64,000 nt of DNA. It comes from Balanoglossus misakiensis (lineage: Eukaryota; Animalia; Hemichordata). The translations under genes and the position numbers were made by a program. The notes beneath the pieces were generated by a model. That model made no database searches, was not told the DNA's origin, and was given only the letters and a program-made list of their open reading frames with translations. The stretch covers positions 3,208,303-3,272,302 of the forward strand of contig CM082582.2 of assembly GCA_040954595.2 (NCBI GenBank), in the 5' to 3' direction. Position 1 is the first letter of the stretch; every line of letters starts with the position of its first letter. Shown piece by piece: positions 31,591-45,834 of the stretch.

Positions 31591-34500
31591 TTATGTGCGT
31601 GAGCGAGCCATGTTGACTGCGCGTGATTCAAGAGCAGACGACATGTGCTGCAGCCGTAGGAAGAAAAAATAAACAAAACGCCAGTCGAGGACAGATTTGG
31701 AAATTAATAAATATCGCCGTATTTATTCTGTGTACGTTTGCATTTCTTTTTTTAGCCCTTAAAATGTTCGCATTGTTTGAAATCCTCCGTTATTCAGTCG
31801 GAAATTGTACACGTCCACTGGTTCTTGGGCGCGTCGCGCGTCCATCGAATAACACGATACATTATCAGTAATAATGTATAGCTATGACGTCACAAAATCA
31901 CTGGTATTGATAAAGCTATAATATAATGGTATATAATCGCACTAAATAATGAAACACAATACTGTCGATATAAAATAGGGCATAGGTCACTGGCTGAGCT
32001 TGCGTGGATATTTCTCGCCAAATGTATTCATATCGTAACAACGTACTTGTACGATGCAATGTAACATGACTTAGAAGGGGTGGTTGCGTTTTAAAACTTA
32101 CTTCTGTCTTGTCCCTGAGCTGTTTAGCTGACTCCAGTAAATTTGAGAAGATCGGTCTGTCATTGGGATCCTTTCTCCAACAAGAAAGCATCAGATCATA
32201 CCTAAACAAAAGATCAAGTGTGTAACAACACATCCATCCTGCATACTGTAACAATAAATCCAATTTGTTTGCAATCCTGATGTAACTATTTAATAAATTT
32301 ACCAAAAATGACATTTTGTCAAATTAATTAATATTATGTTTTATCACACACGAAACTGTGTAACACCTTCAATATAAGTGTTGCGCGTCCGAAACCTATT
32401 CGAGGAAATTGTTCAATGTGGAAATTTCCACTGGCAATGTAAAACTATTTGTTCATTTGATTGACTATAGCTTTCCTGGAAGATGCGTGTTCGCCCAAAT
32501 TAATATTTAAATTGCTTTGCTGTTCCACTTACATCTCATCGCCACAGTGTTCTGGTTTGGGCAGCCTGTAACCGCGTTCGAGCCTCATAATAACTTCCTT
32601 TCGTTCAAGTCCTTCGAAAGGTCTATGAGCTGAAATGAAGAAGAATGTTGATTTTCCAAACACTCCCTCTGGGAAAGGAGAGTACCATATGAATGTCCAA
32701 TTCTACCTCATCCATGTTGTCTGTCTCGTCCCTGTCCCTGTCTGTCTATGTGTCTATCTAAATATCTATCTGTCTGCCATTTTTATCAGAGTATGGTTCC
32801 CTCTGTTTCTGTCTGAATCTTTTTTGTCTCTGTTCCTATATGCCAATCTGTCACTCTTTTCCTGTCTGTCCTTCTCATCCATAATATCTGTGTGATTGCA
32901 TTTCACAGCACTCTTGGAGGGCTCAATTTAGTTAGAAAAAAACGAATATAATTACCTAAGGTGACTATTTCCCAAAGCATAACACCGAAGGACCACACAT
33001 CTGTCTTTACATCGAATGTCCATTTTGTGAGTGTTTCCAGTGCTAACCATTGGAATGGAAGTTCATCCTGTTAGGAGAAAACTAACCGATCAGAATAAAT
33101 CACTTTAAATTAAGTTATGAAAATGAAAATCAATAATCAATGATTTAATCAATGGGAGTACCTTCTTTGCTAAGTCTTGTAATCTTCCTTCGTAGGTAAC
33201 GTCACTTGTGTAGGTGAAGTTAGAAATTTTGCACGTTCTCCCTGTAAATACCAATATGTGTTTTGCAGCAAGGAACCTGTGTATGATCTGTGAAATAAAC
33301 CAAGTGTTGCATTGTCTATAGTGAATAAAAAACTATCACCTATAATTAATCTAAACCAAAAACGCAAATCAGGACAATTACTGTTTGGCCAATGTGTGGT
33401 GGTACAGTGACAACAGCATAGACATTGGAGAACTTTGATACTAGGAGCAAAAATATTGTTCAGGTGGTCAGATGTTTGAATCGCCTATGCAAGCAGCGCT
33501 CACTGCGTACACTGATTGCTATCTTACCCCCAATGACGAAAGGTGCTCCATGCCACTAGCAATGTCGGCAGCAAATGAAAGTAATTGTCTTTGGGAATCC
33601 ACACTCTCATCTGATAATATCTCTGGGCTATTTTCGATCAGGTATTTTCGCAGATTTCCATGTTCTGCGTAGTCAGTCATGTAGAACGGTGGGTCTGAAA
33701 TAAACGTTTGTATTCATAGACATGTATATTGGCACATCTAATTATGGTATGCTCTGCTGAAACATCCAACACGGCATACTACATACGTGAATTCGTTTCT
33801 TTGTTTGCGATATACACTCTTGTATATTCATCATATACACTAGAGACTTGCAATGACTTGTTTGTCTGCATTTTGTCGATTAAGAAATCAATACACATGC
33901 GGACAGATTATTTCTACCAATGGCTCACTGACCACAGTTAATAATTGCTATAAACGTCCTTTCCTACACACTGACCTTTACCCCAACCCTCCTCGACCAA
34001 GAAAGGTGACCCAGACACAGTCTGATGTCAGCTAATCCTCTATGATTTACAAGGAGCATTTGATGTTGAAACTACGAGTAGGTGTTCCCAAATAATTTTA
34101 CTTTCAAAACCTTGAATAAATATCAATCTTATCAACGTAGAAGTGTAAAGGCGATCTAACATAAATATCCATTCCATGTGTATTTTACCAACCAAAATAT
34201 CGTGTGGAGAACACGTAACGTACAGGCGAGTGATGCAAATGAAGAAAGAACGATGGAAACAACTTACCGTGTTCTGTAGAATATGCTAAAAGGCTAACAA
34301 CATTGGTGTGTAGTGGTATGGATTTCATAAGCTCCACTTCTCTCTCCAGAGCTGATGTATCTGTTGTCTCACCTTTGAAAATTATAATACACATGTGAAT
34401 TAATTGCACTATCAAGTAAAAACCATCAATACCAATCTAAACATTGGCTCCTGAACGATAAACTACATGAAAAACGATCCCACTACATTTGTGAATTCAG

Positions 34501-37500
34501 ACCATTGACATAACTTATGCTTATTTTTTGTCAGTAATTGCAGAAATTATCGTCCATTATCCAAATAGTGACCAAATTTACCTGGTATGATTTTGACGAC
34601 AACTTGAACAGTCTGTGGAGAGTCGAGCGAGTGAACGATTCTGGCTTCTGCTCTGAACACTTGACTGAACGCCCCACTGTAAATTGTATCTACCACAGAA
34701 ACAATGTATTCGTCCATTCTCAGCTCTCTTTGTATAACCGGTGCTTTCGATTCAGGTTTAAGTGCTACATTTCTTCGGGCAGATTGTCTCCGAGGGAGAA
34801 AATTCTGGAATGTAAATGCAAATCTGGTATATTAGTAAGGAAAATATTTCTGATGTATACCTTGAATTAGAACAATATACTGATGATTTAACTTGGTATG
34901 ATTTGATTTGATTTGTACGATTTTGTTAAGTATCATTAATCGTTAGGTCAATTTTTATCACTTGGGTCACAATTACATTTCAAAACTATGCAATCTTTTG
35001 TCAATAATGTAGAAATAATACTGACACTCATCACTGAGATTTGTCTGGCGAGGTCTTTGAATGTGGGTCGTTCTCGAGGCTTTTGTCGCCAGCATGACAG
35101 GATCAGGTTGTATCTGTAGGTGTAGGGCACATATACAAAACAGATTACATGTACATGCCAACACAGACCACAGCGGGCTGCAAACATGAAAGTTATAGAT
35201 GGCGGAGTACGTTCCTATGTGCATTTTCCCCACCTGTCTTATCATTAGCTAATCCAGAATAAAAGCTATCGCATTTCCCATTAAGCACCTGCTAACGACT
35301 TAATCTGTGTGCCCCATCCACGGATTAAATTGATAAAGTAAACATCGGTCAGCGAGAACTGACCGATGTTTATTTTATCCACTTAATCCGTGGATGGGGC
35401 ACACAGATTAAGTCGTTAGCAGGTGCTTAATGGGAAATTCGATAGCTTGTATTCTGGATTAGCAACTGATAAGGCGGGTGGGGGTAACACAGAAAAATAA
35501 CAAGCACAGAGACTGTTCAGTAAGTACTGTTTATTGGGGAAAATGCGGATCAGAACTCCGCCATTTATAACTTTCATGTTTGCAGTCCCCTGTGCACAGA
35601 CTGGCACTGAAGCAGCCTCTTTGTAGGATAATACCTGTCAGAGACAGTGTAACGACAAAATGGCGGTACAGTCTGTCTGTCTGCCTGCCTGCCAGTTTGC
35701 CTGTCTGTCTGCCTGCTTCTTGGTTTTCCTGTCTGTCTGTCTGTTTGTCTGTCTGTCAGTTTGCCTGTATTTGCCTGTCTGTATATCTGTGTCTGCCTAC
35801 CTGCCTCGTCGACTTGCATGCCTACTTGACGGCCTACCTACATGACAATACACCACGACACCACGAATGTTCAGACTTCAATTCAATAGTCAACTCACAT
35901 GTCGTCTGCACCATGATCTGGTTTGAGTAACCGGTAACCCCTCTTCAGCTTCATCAGTACGTCATTCAGTGCATCCTCAGAGTAGGGCAGGCGACCTGCA
36001 TGTCAAGAAATTAATTTTATTGACAGATACAATTGTTTCCACTATATTTCTACATACACATGGACGAGTTAACAGTCCTCAGAATGTCTTACCAAGGGTG
36101 AACACTTCCCACAATACAACACCGAACGACCATACGTCAGTTAACTGGTCAAAGTTCAGCTGGGTCAATGACTCGAGTGCCATCCATCGGTACGTAAGAT
36201 CATGCTAAAAAAAAGAGAAAAACAATATTTATACAGCATTTGTTTGGATAAGTTCTGTTTATTCGTAACAATATCGAACACAAAGTCTTTCTGAATGTAA
36301 CTAGGCATCATATAATCAGGCTTGAAGGTGTCAATTGTGTGATTTAAATAACATTAGTGCTACCTGCTTCGTGAGTCTGAAGAACTGTCTGTCCCCGATA
36401 ACATCGGACGAATAGGTGAAGTTCGATATTTTACAAGTCATTCTGTCGCAAATTAAAATGTGATTTGCCGCCAGATACCTGTGTATTACCTGTTGAAAGA
36501 AATCATTGCAGTTTTGGGAATGTGTATTTTTTGTATTGTATTATTTGACAGAGCTATCACAGTGTACATTTAATTTGTTAGTTTTAATAAGACGTTTATA
36601 TGTTTAAGTATCATGAGTGAGTTTTCACTCCCCATTTCAATGTTTTACATTAATTATAACTGTAAACTATTGAGAACAGGGAAAGTGAAACAAATATCTA
36701 TTCAATACCTAAATTCCTCTGCCATACCCTGCCCTCTTATGATCAAAACAAATACACTTACATTATTGGAAGACAGATATTCCATTCCTTTTGCAATATC
36801 CAAGCTAAATGCCAAAAGCCTCTGCCTCGTTAAGTTAGCACCTAATGAGAGTATTACGTCGTGGTGTGTATGCATAAAATTCCTCAGGTTACCGTATTGT
36901 GGTTGCTCTGTTAAAAGGTATTGTGGATCTGAAACAGAAGTTCAACACTTTCAATGTGATATAGCTGTTGGTTGAGTAGAAGATTTTCAACTCATTGCAA
37001 TTGGATGCTAGGCAAGTAGCGTTGTGTGATACTAGACTAGTTTTGAACAAACATTGTAACCTCTACATTGTAATTGCTGAATAGCTACAGTTCATAAAAG
37101 AAAACTTGCTTAAATTCTATATAGTCTCGGAATTCATATATACAAGTTTTGGGTTCGGTATCATAACTCTGTGTATTTGTTTGACAATTTAACGGGGAGA
37201 TCTCAACCGACCGTCACGATCCGAAACTATTGTCCGAGGTCGTGCTAAAACTGTATCCAGAAGTTTCGATAGATATTGTAAATGATTAGGCCCTATTGTG
37301 ATAACCTAGTGATTCGTGTGTCCATAATCAACTCAGGCTTACAGAACCGTATTTGATCTTTATAAGTAACACAGAAGATCTGTCTCTCTATCTCACGCCC
37401 ATTTCTCATGCGTTATAAATCTGATAAATTTTAACCAACAAAGGGGGCATTTTACCGGGAATGTGATACCAATAGTCCTACTCACCAACTTTTGTACAGC

Positions 37501-39315
37501 ACCCCAGGAGACTGTTAACGTTTGTGTGTAAATCGAGAGACTTCATGAGTTCGATTTCTCTCCTCAAACATAGCGCTGATTCCTCAGTGTCTGCAATAAT
37601 GTGAGAAAACTTTCAGATGTGTTCACCATCTTGTTTTCACAAAATTTGTATTCTCAATTTTAATAGTGAATATGAAAGTTGCGTTGAGCAAAATTCTTAT
37701 TATCCAGGCGCATGACACATTATACATAATTGATGCTTTTAGTTTGTTCCCAAGCTCTCTGTCTTTATATGTTTCACATGGAATTTGATGCACATTATCC
37801 TATGAAAATGTACACTACCTGTTGGTGACTTGATAAAAACATTGGTTGACCCCTCCTTGCCTCCAATGAACCAAGCTTCGCCTCTATGTATCTGGTAGAT
37901 GTCACCAACAAAGACACGTTCTGTAATGTGCAGTCTGTCCCTCTCGACCTCAAAAACCCGCTGTCCTGGGTACAAGTATTCCCCCTCAGCCAGATCGTCG
38001 ATGTCCGGTTCCACGTATGGACCCTCAGATACACTCGCCTGCCGATGTTCACATGGATTTAAGAATTATCAGTGTGATAGGATGGGTTGAAAAGTAATAA
38101 ATTCGAATTGTGGCGTCTCTAAGATTATTAAAACCACTACAGGGAACAAAAGCTACTAAGCTATTGTAAATGTAAGGCAATTGGTACTGGTTTCTTGCTA
38201 AAAACATTGATAGAAAGCTTGGCAAGATTGCATCCCTACAATATACGGACTCAACGTTGGCAAGCTACACTTCTTTCTGCATAATAATGAAGAAATAAAA
38301 TTACCATTGTGTGAAATAAATCAGTAGATGCAGCCTCATCGTATTCATGTATGCTTTCACTTTCTGCAGCAATACTTCCCCTGTCTCTCTCATCTCTCAC
38401 AACGGTTGGTATCTGCTCGTATGAATGTAATATTTGTTCTGGTTCATCTGAAAAAGAACAATATGTTGGAATGTAGTTTGGAAAATGTAATATTCCTATA
38501 AGGATGCACTTTGTGTTTAAATAGAAAGTAGAATATTAATTCACCTATTTCAGTCGATTCTTTTGTTCCTGCTTGTGAGGCATCATCTGCAATAAAACCG
38601 ACATATACCGGTAAAATAAGAAAAAAAAAACAATAATAACAATTAAAAGCAACAACAACAACAGCAACAACAACAAAGTGGAATTCAAATTTCTCTTACC
38701 TTGAGGAATAGCTGAACGAAAGCTGCGAAACCGCCTGTAAACTGTACGGAACATTAAGAAGAGATAACATTAGAGCATTATATCATTTTTAGTAATACAC
38801 ACACATACACACACACTTTCTGTATGTATGTGTGTGAATATATGTATGTGTGTGTATGTATTTATGTATATTGCACCACACGTTGCCAAGATCAATGCCA
38901 AAGATACACATACCATTTCATCTGAAAGTCCTTCAGTTGATACTCTAGTGGTTTTATTATGCACCATAGCCTTGTAATTTATGCAAATGAGGAAAAGTTA
39001 ATTTGAAACAACTTCTTTGAAAAAGGTTCAAAATATCAAAATTCATTTTTTGAAAAAAATTCATGATGTATAACCCATGTAAAATATTCAAAAAGGTCAA
39101 AAATATCAAAATTGAAAAAAATCGAACATTGGTCATTTTTATGTTATAAATTCAGAAAGTCGAGAATTGGTCATCCAGATACTAACCTCTGTGCATCCCA
39201 TGTGATTTATACAAAGTAATCACAATGATTACAACCAGTACAGTTATTACGACGGTGGCCATTACAATTACAATGGTTTCATACATCACCGGCTGGTTGT
39301 TTTCCGGGTTCCAAC
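31591..39315 (-). CDS. Receptor tyrosine pseudokinase C with two tandem kinase-fold domains; ectodomain exon(s) upstream unresolved
   Basis: TM exon 39315-39187, then 38711-38700, 38586-38545 and 38447-38305. Kinase 1: 38038-37819, 37590-37486, 36928-36762, 36489-36364 (VIHRYLAANHILI...ISNFTYS), 36204-36093, 35995-35899, 35113-35026. Kinase 2 in frame: 34804-34582, 34372-34268, 33694-33528, 33287-33162 (IIHRFLAAKHILV...ISNFTYT), 33067-32956, 32629-32533, 32201-32102. Likely last exon 31647-31591. Confidence 0.85.
35169..35594. mobile_element. Foldback-type MITE with 7-bp TSD and internal ~215-bp hairpin
   Basis: TIRs cacagcgggctgcaaacatgaaagttata / tataactttcatgtttgcagtcccctgtg; direct repeat cacagac at 35162-35168 and 35595-35601; near-perfect internal palindrome at ~35248-35463. 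Confidence 0.85.
35671..35805. repeat. Degenerate (CTGT/CTGC)n microsatellite
   Basis: gtctgtctgtctgcctgcct run; it explains several spurious ORFs. Confidence 0.9.
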
Positions 39316-40966
39316 CTATAGGAGGCAATTTAAACATGGTTCACAAGATCAAAATCAAAACTCTTGTGCAATTGCAGGTTGACTTGAACATAACAAGTAC
39401 ACCATTCTACATTGAATGTATATTACAGTGATTTATTAGCATTCATTGTTATAAAATACTTACTGATGTTTTCTGTGCTCCGATTAGGAAACTTAGTCGA
39501 TCCAAGCATTGTGTAATTCATGTCCCCTCTGCTGCTGATCAGAGACATTCTTATGCAAAGTAACCGTTACGATAAACTCGGCTTGAAGCAACTTTATGTG
39601 TTGATGAGATGCAGCATGTTCACCGACCAAAGCCTCTGTCTTTTCTGCTGTTCGGTAAACATGGAAATCTGTCCAATACTACTTGAAACACCACCTTACC
39701 AGGTCAGCCAACTGACTTATTCAAAATAAGTGTGGTATTTTTGTAACGCCGCAGATGTATGAATATCCAGGTACGCCTATGCGATTCGTATTTTCCAAGA
39801 ACCACCTGTCAGAAAAACCATACTGTAATGTCGTTCTCGTGCAGGGACTTCCCAGGGCAGTACCAGAGTCTGCGCTAAGCCCAGTATTACAATGATTCGT
39901 GATACCTCGATTGCCCATAGAAACCCAACATATAAACAATATGGTGTATACACAGAATATGTTTCACACCATAGCGATGGTACCCACTGTACACAATTGT
40001 GACTGCACTTTGCCAGATTATCGCCGTCTGATATTACCGGACATGTTTGTTTGTTCGAAGAAAAAGAGCCAAACAACTCCCCATTGCCATATTAGTCACC
40101 AGTTTCTGGAAGTGGTAACTGTCAATGGTTAACCAACCCGGGTCACACTAGGTTTACCTTTCACCCCACAAGAGGTCACATCACAGATGCACGACCAGTT
40201 AAGTGGTCTTGTGGTCAAGTTGATGAAATTGGCCGCATAGGTTATACAATACTTGTATAATGTGTCAAAACAACAAATACAATATGTAATAACTATTTGT
40301 TATTTGGACAAAAAATCCACCGAGCACGAATTATCTCTCTGTCACGTGCAGAAAATATACTAGAGCAGTCGGATCACCCAAACGACCAAATGTCACACCG
40401 CAGATGTCGTGAGCTTTTTCGAAACTTCGTTATACAAACTATTTCTGGGTACACGGAAACGCATCTCTAAATAAGGTATGAATCAACCATGTTTATGTAT
40501 TCTGAACGGACTTGTCACTACTCTCGAACGACCCTATTTCCCCCTCCATGTCCCTAAAATTTCCACCACTAGCTTTTCGAGGGGTGGACTACGTCATGAA
40601 AACCTCTTTCGAGCCAAACGAAAACACAAGCCCACAGAACTAGGTTATGAGTCAGTCCCAATTGTGCACCTTGGGTGGACTTGTTACTACTCTCAAAGGA
40701 TCTTATTTCCTTGTACCGTGTTCCAAAAGTTCCCATCACTCCCAATTGTTCCATGGTTTAAGTACATATACGTCACACAAAATAATTACTAGAGGTACGA
40801 AAACATATCCATACAGATTAGATGAGTCAAAATAACTGTGATTATATATCCTTGGCCGTGAATCACAATTATATGACCAGTTGCGAAGACAAATACAAAA
40901 CGATACAAGTATACATAGGCAATGAACAAAAATAGCAGAACAAAGTAAAATCCATAAAAATATATG

Positions 40967-41061
40967 GTAGACTAGACTAGACTAGACTCTAGTCTAATCT
41001 AGTCTTGTTTAGTTTAGTTTAGTTTAGTCTAGTCTAGTCTAGTTTAGTTTAGTCTTGTCTA
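40967..41061. repeat. Pentanucleotide microsatellite (TAGAC)n/(TAGTY)n, partly self-complementary
   Basis: agactagactagactagactctagtcta...tttagtttagtctagtctagtct. Confidence 0.85.
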
Positions 41062-41183
41062 TTTTACTGAAAGTAAATAAATATGTAAATGAAATAATTG
41101 AAATATTAATAATAAACCGTGGTCAATCCAACGCAATATTGAGAAAGATGAACGCAAATATTCTATGATATAATTTGTTACAG

Positions 41184-43809
41184 TTTGGGCATCGGATGTA
41201 TCACCAACAATGTCCCCAGATATCAAGTCCACTGCCCCAATCTCATCGACTAGGGTAAAGACTAGTAGTTATAATACAACTACCGTTAGTGTACCAATCA
41301 ACGACGCAGGAAACGACACAACAACAGTTTATCTAACAACTGAAGAGATAATCGGTGAATATTCTTCAAAGACAAGGCAAAACGTCGACCCCAACGCTAC
41401 AGCGTTTAACAATGGAACAAGTTTAGTGGGCTCGAACACCAATTCTGAGATTTCAACCCAACCCACCTCAACCCTCTTGGAAATGAGTAAGCATACAATT
41501 TTCAAAGAGATTAACACAACGTGATAAAGCTCAGCAATGTGAATTTGAATAACACGTTATTAATATGTGTTAATACTCACTATTCCGAGCCTAAAAACAA
41601 ACTAGGTATTAATTTCGAAGCTATCAGAACAGACAGAGTAAAGACAGAGGGACAGACATACAGACAGACAGAAAGACAGATGACCTTTTTGACACAGATA
41701 TAAATGGGATATATTTATGGTTCTCCACTTATATAACATCACTCGTGTCTGTATTTTTGTTTATCTCTTTCTTTTGAAAAATGGCATTTGGCAGTTCTAG
41801 TTATTGTTCTCTTAGTTCAATCTTTAAAAATGTATTGCAGATGGCAACGTGTCTACAGCAACAGGTCCATCATTAGCACATATAACCGGTCCTCTTCGTG
41901 GTGGTCACGTGGTAGTAATATCCATTATGCTAATATTCATAATTGTACTGCTAGTGATTGCAATAATATTGTCATTTCTCATCGCAAAAAACTGCAAGGC
42001 AAGAAGTGAGTACCATGTTGTCATTTGTATATAGTTTGTCAATATTTTTAATACCTAGTTAGGGCAAATTCATGTAAAACTGGCGCAGTATATTTCACAA
42101 AGATCGTCTCATCAGAAATTGGTCAATTGACGAAAGTGCCAAACTTGGTGCGTTTTCCCATTAAATAAGATTTTACTATATTTCAGTATAAATTGATTAA
42201 CAGTAGTAATTGCTAAGTACGTATTTGATAAAAGGAAACATTTAATCAGGGTCTATTTTCCCCCACAGGGAACAAACGCCAACAGGAAATGTGAGTATTT
42301 AAGATTATATGCTTTAGATATTTGTGTTTATTTCATTTCATACCAAAAGGATCCATTTGCTGAAACTGCTTGTAATGTTTCTATCTCCTTTTTTCGCATT
42401 GAATCTAGATACAACACACGTGTAGAAGCTCACGATGCAGGTCAGTTTGGGGAAAGTTTGTTTTTCATTTTCACCATTGATGGATGATGACAGTGTACTA
42501 TGAGTCAAAAATCAGTGCTGTCAAATAGGCAGGTCAACTAACTGTTAAATTACTTCCTGTGTCAGGGATACCCTTGACAACCCTTGCAGAAGGATTGCCA
42601 AGACGAACTCGCCGAATGAATGAATATGTGGACATAGAATCTCTTCTACACTCTACCCGAAAGAAAACGAGAAAACGTCATGCAAGCAAAGGTGAGCCTG
42701 AGGGGGGGGGGGAGAGAGAGAGAGAGAGAGAGAGAGAACAGACAGGCACATAGAGACAGTAGGAGAGAGCCAGAGGGAGCCAGAGGGAGAGACAGAGACA
42801 AGGGAAGAGAGGGAGGAACATAGAGATAGTGCTTGGTGACCTGCTCTACCGGAAATGACGTAAATGAACATACATGTATTTATTCCAGCGGAGAATGGCA
42901 GATCAGTGGTTTATGACAATACAATGTATGAAAATATCCCACCTGCTGACGAAGACAAGGAAATAGACGTGGCGGCATTTTACCAAAATATGGGAGGTAT
43001 AAAACAATATGTGTACTCTAGATGTTTGTCCTTGTGTCCTTGGTTACTCGTTCTTGTGGGTGTTGGAAGTGATCCAAAATATGCAATTCAACATAATGTG
43101 ATAGTTTTTATTGTTCGAGATTAGTTTCACTCATGGATAGAAACTGTTGCTTTAATATTTACAAGGGTTTGAAATATTTATGTAACACAATGGGCCATTA
43201 AATATTGGAATACGTCCTGGAAGCATTAACCAAACATAAGTTCATCATTGAGCATATGATGCGAAGAATAGTCATATGTTATACTTGAAATACATGATGG
43301 AATTATTGTCAGGTATTATGTTCTTACTTGTAATTTGCTTGTCTCCACATATTATTTTTTTCTTTCCCTTCATAGGTTATATTCTATTACACGATTATTC
43401 TGGAAGTGATACTTCACAGGATTACAGAAATTGTGGAGAGCTGGTGGATTTAGAAGTGAACGATAAAAACCCTGAATCGAACACCAGCAGTCACTGCACA
43501 TTAAGCTGTGAACCCATTTATGGAAATTTGCCTCTTCAGAGAGAGGTCACATCACAGTACGAAGGGCATTATAACTTACTCCAAGAACCGAATTGTAGTG
43601 GCGTTATTAAACAGACATGCAATAGCGATAATGACAGAAGTCCATCTTATGAGAGCGCACCCCTTTTGCCCTGTCGCTGTCAGGGTGGTGGCGTATATGG
43701 CGATTGCGTCTCCCCAGAACAGTCAAAGAAGAGAAGAGTCTCTAAAGATTCCACGACAGATACTGGTGATGTAAAGATACACATTTATGAAAACCTACCG
43801 CTTATATAA
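41184..43809 (+). CDS. Single-pass transmembrane adaptor-like protein: Ser/Thr-rich stalk, TM, tyrosine-motif-rich tail
   Basis: Exons 41184-41486, 41841-42005 (VVVISIMLIFIIVLLVIAIILSFLIA), 42269-42290, 42409-42440, 42566-42691, 42889-42996 and 43376-43809 splice in phase. The tail has YVDI, YDNT, YENI, YQNM, YRNC, YGNL and YENL. The start is uncertain (ATG 41210 or an unfound exon). Confidence 0.8.
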
Positions 43810-45834
43810 AACAGTTTCCTGTCGGACAGCCAACGTCAGTTTACAGGAAATAACCATGCAGATGGACACGGTGTTGCATGATGATGTTATTTTCGGAGAC
43901 TTTCAAAATTCTATACTGCAGTCTACTCATGCGTGGTTAACATTGAAATCAGTCAAACTTGGGGAATGAATTTCTCATTTCACGTTAGCTTTTCTGTGTT
44001 GATGTTTTCTGCTAAATAATTCATAAAAGTGTGAGAACAACAAATACAATGTCATCTTTTTCTCTGCGTGTGGATGGTTTATTCAACTATATTCGCCATT
44101 GTAGGTAATTAATCAGATACGAAATTTGTTTGTCGGTTTTATGTGTGTCCCTCCCCATTCTGTCTTCATGAGCCTACCGAAATATCTCAACACATTGGAA
44201 TGTTCTTAGTTTCGATGCTTGTTGGACTATGGTGCCTATTTTGAGTTGGCTGTCCCATCGATGATTTATTAAGTTGATAACCACTGCAGGCCCCTTTGAA
44301 ATTTCTCTTTGGGGGAAAGGTTGAGTGGGAGTTATTTACAGCTACTATACCATGAACACCTGTTGCAACAAGCAGGGCCCGTGACTAGACTTCATTCACA
44401 TGTACTAAAACAAAGCTTATCAATGTGAACATGCCTCGTTTTCCTTTTTATCATGCTTCCTTATCACCAGAAAAAAATGTAGGCCAACAACACTTAACCT
44501 TGTCTTCTGGACCCTGGGTTTAACTTGGGAATTTCATTGGATAATGGCACAACTGATCACAGCGTATACAATTGCATGGCTATTTCAGACGTTGTGTTTA
44601 TTCTCGACGTATTTGTCTCACCAGAACAAAATGGACTGAGTTACAGGTTGATCAAAGAACCCCTGTGATTTGAGATAAGCTTGTGCTTAATATATGACCC
44701 AGGCTGACTGCTGCTGACATGACAAAAAGTACCACAAGGTATCAGATCATCACTACAGCAGTGCAAATACAGAAGCCCATCAGTCATGATACCAAGCTGC
44801 GTTTGTGCAGGGTCATCACCGGTTATATTTTGTAATCAGCAAACAGAAATATTGTGTTGAAAATGATATATGCCACCATTTATTTTTATTAGGGCCAGCG
44901 TTTGCTGAGTTCATACTATGCCAATATGTCGGTTGCCTGCTCGAGACCTCGAGTAAAAAAAATACTGACGAGTCTTTTTGCCTCCCGTTTGGAAAGTTGT
45001 TGTCATTACGTTTCTATACCCACGAAAACGCCAATTATTCCTTTTTTTATTCCTGCCAACTGATTTCCCAATGACAAGATTATCCTGTTACTCATTTGCA
45101 TGTAAATTGTATTCTACCCCATTAAATTGGCGTTAGGTGTCAGCTTCTATGCATATGCGACAAGAGTTTACTTGTTATAAAGTAATCGGAGTTTGTGCAT
45201 TAAAGGCCAGGCTTTCAGCTTGATCACTGTTGCAATGTTTCTTCTTGGTGGCGACATTTCGTCGACAGACAAACTGAAACTAATTAATTATTTACGTATA
45301 CGACGCATTCCTTTTTATCATGTATTGGAATCTATAACAAGAAATGATCTGGTAGGGGAGTGGCTATAGTCATGTCTGGCCGCGTCCATTTTTAAATGAC
45401 GCAGACAAATTGTGGCTGATCTCTGAATGCGCGTAACTGGGAATACCCATGACCGTCCCAGTATTAGACGATACACCATGGACTGTCTCAACGCTTTGCC
45501 GACAAGAGGACCTGCGAACAATCTGCACAAATTGCCTTTGTCAGGTAGGTCTGCAGGAAAACTGAACACAGTGTATATATAAACATAATTGGCTTGTCAA
45601 CGACGATCACAATACCCAAAACATTGTTTCATCTCGAAAACCAGTTTTCAATTATAACCACTTGTATCTGCGTCATGTAGGTAACAACTGACAACGCCAG
45701 CGAGAAAGAGAATCACAGATGTGAACGCTGAATAGTAGCACATATAAGAAGACACTCTATTGCAAGAGAACGCTCGAGCCAACCGTGTGGTAGGGAAAGC
45801 CAATTTATCGATATACGTCGGTAAGTAGATATAG

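Noticed and set aside
38914-38944. Candidate 31-nt exon of pseudokinase C
   Set aside because: Its length breaks the frame and leads to a stop in the downstream exons.
39464-40250. Ectodomain exon of pseudokinase C
   Set aside because: A donor exists at 39463 but no single open frame or clear acceptor could be established; left unannotated.
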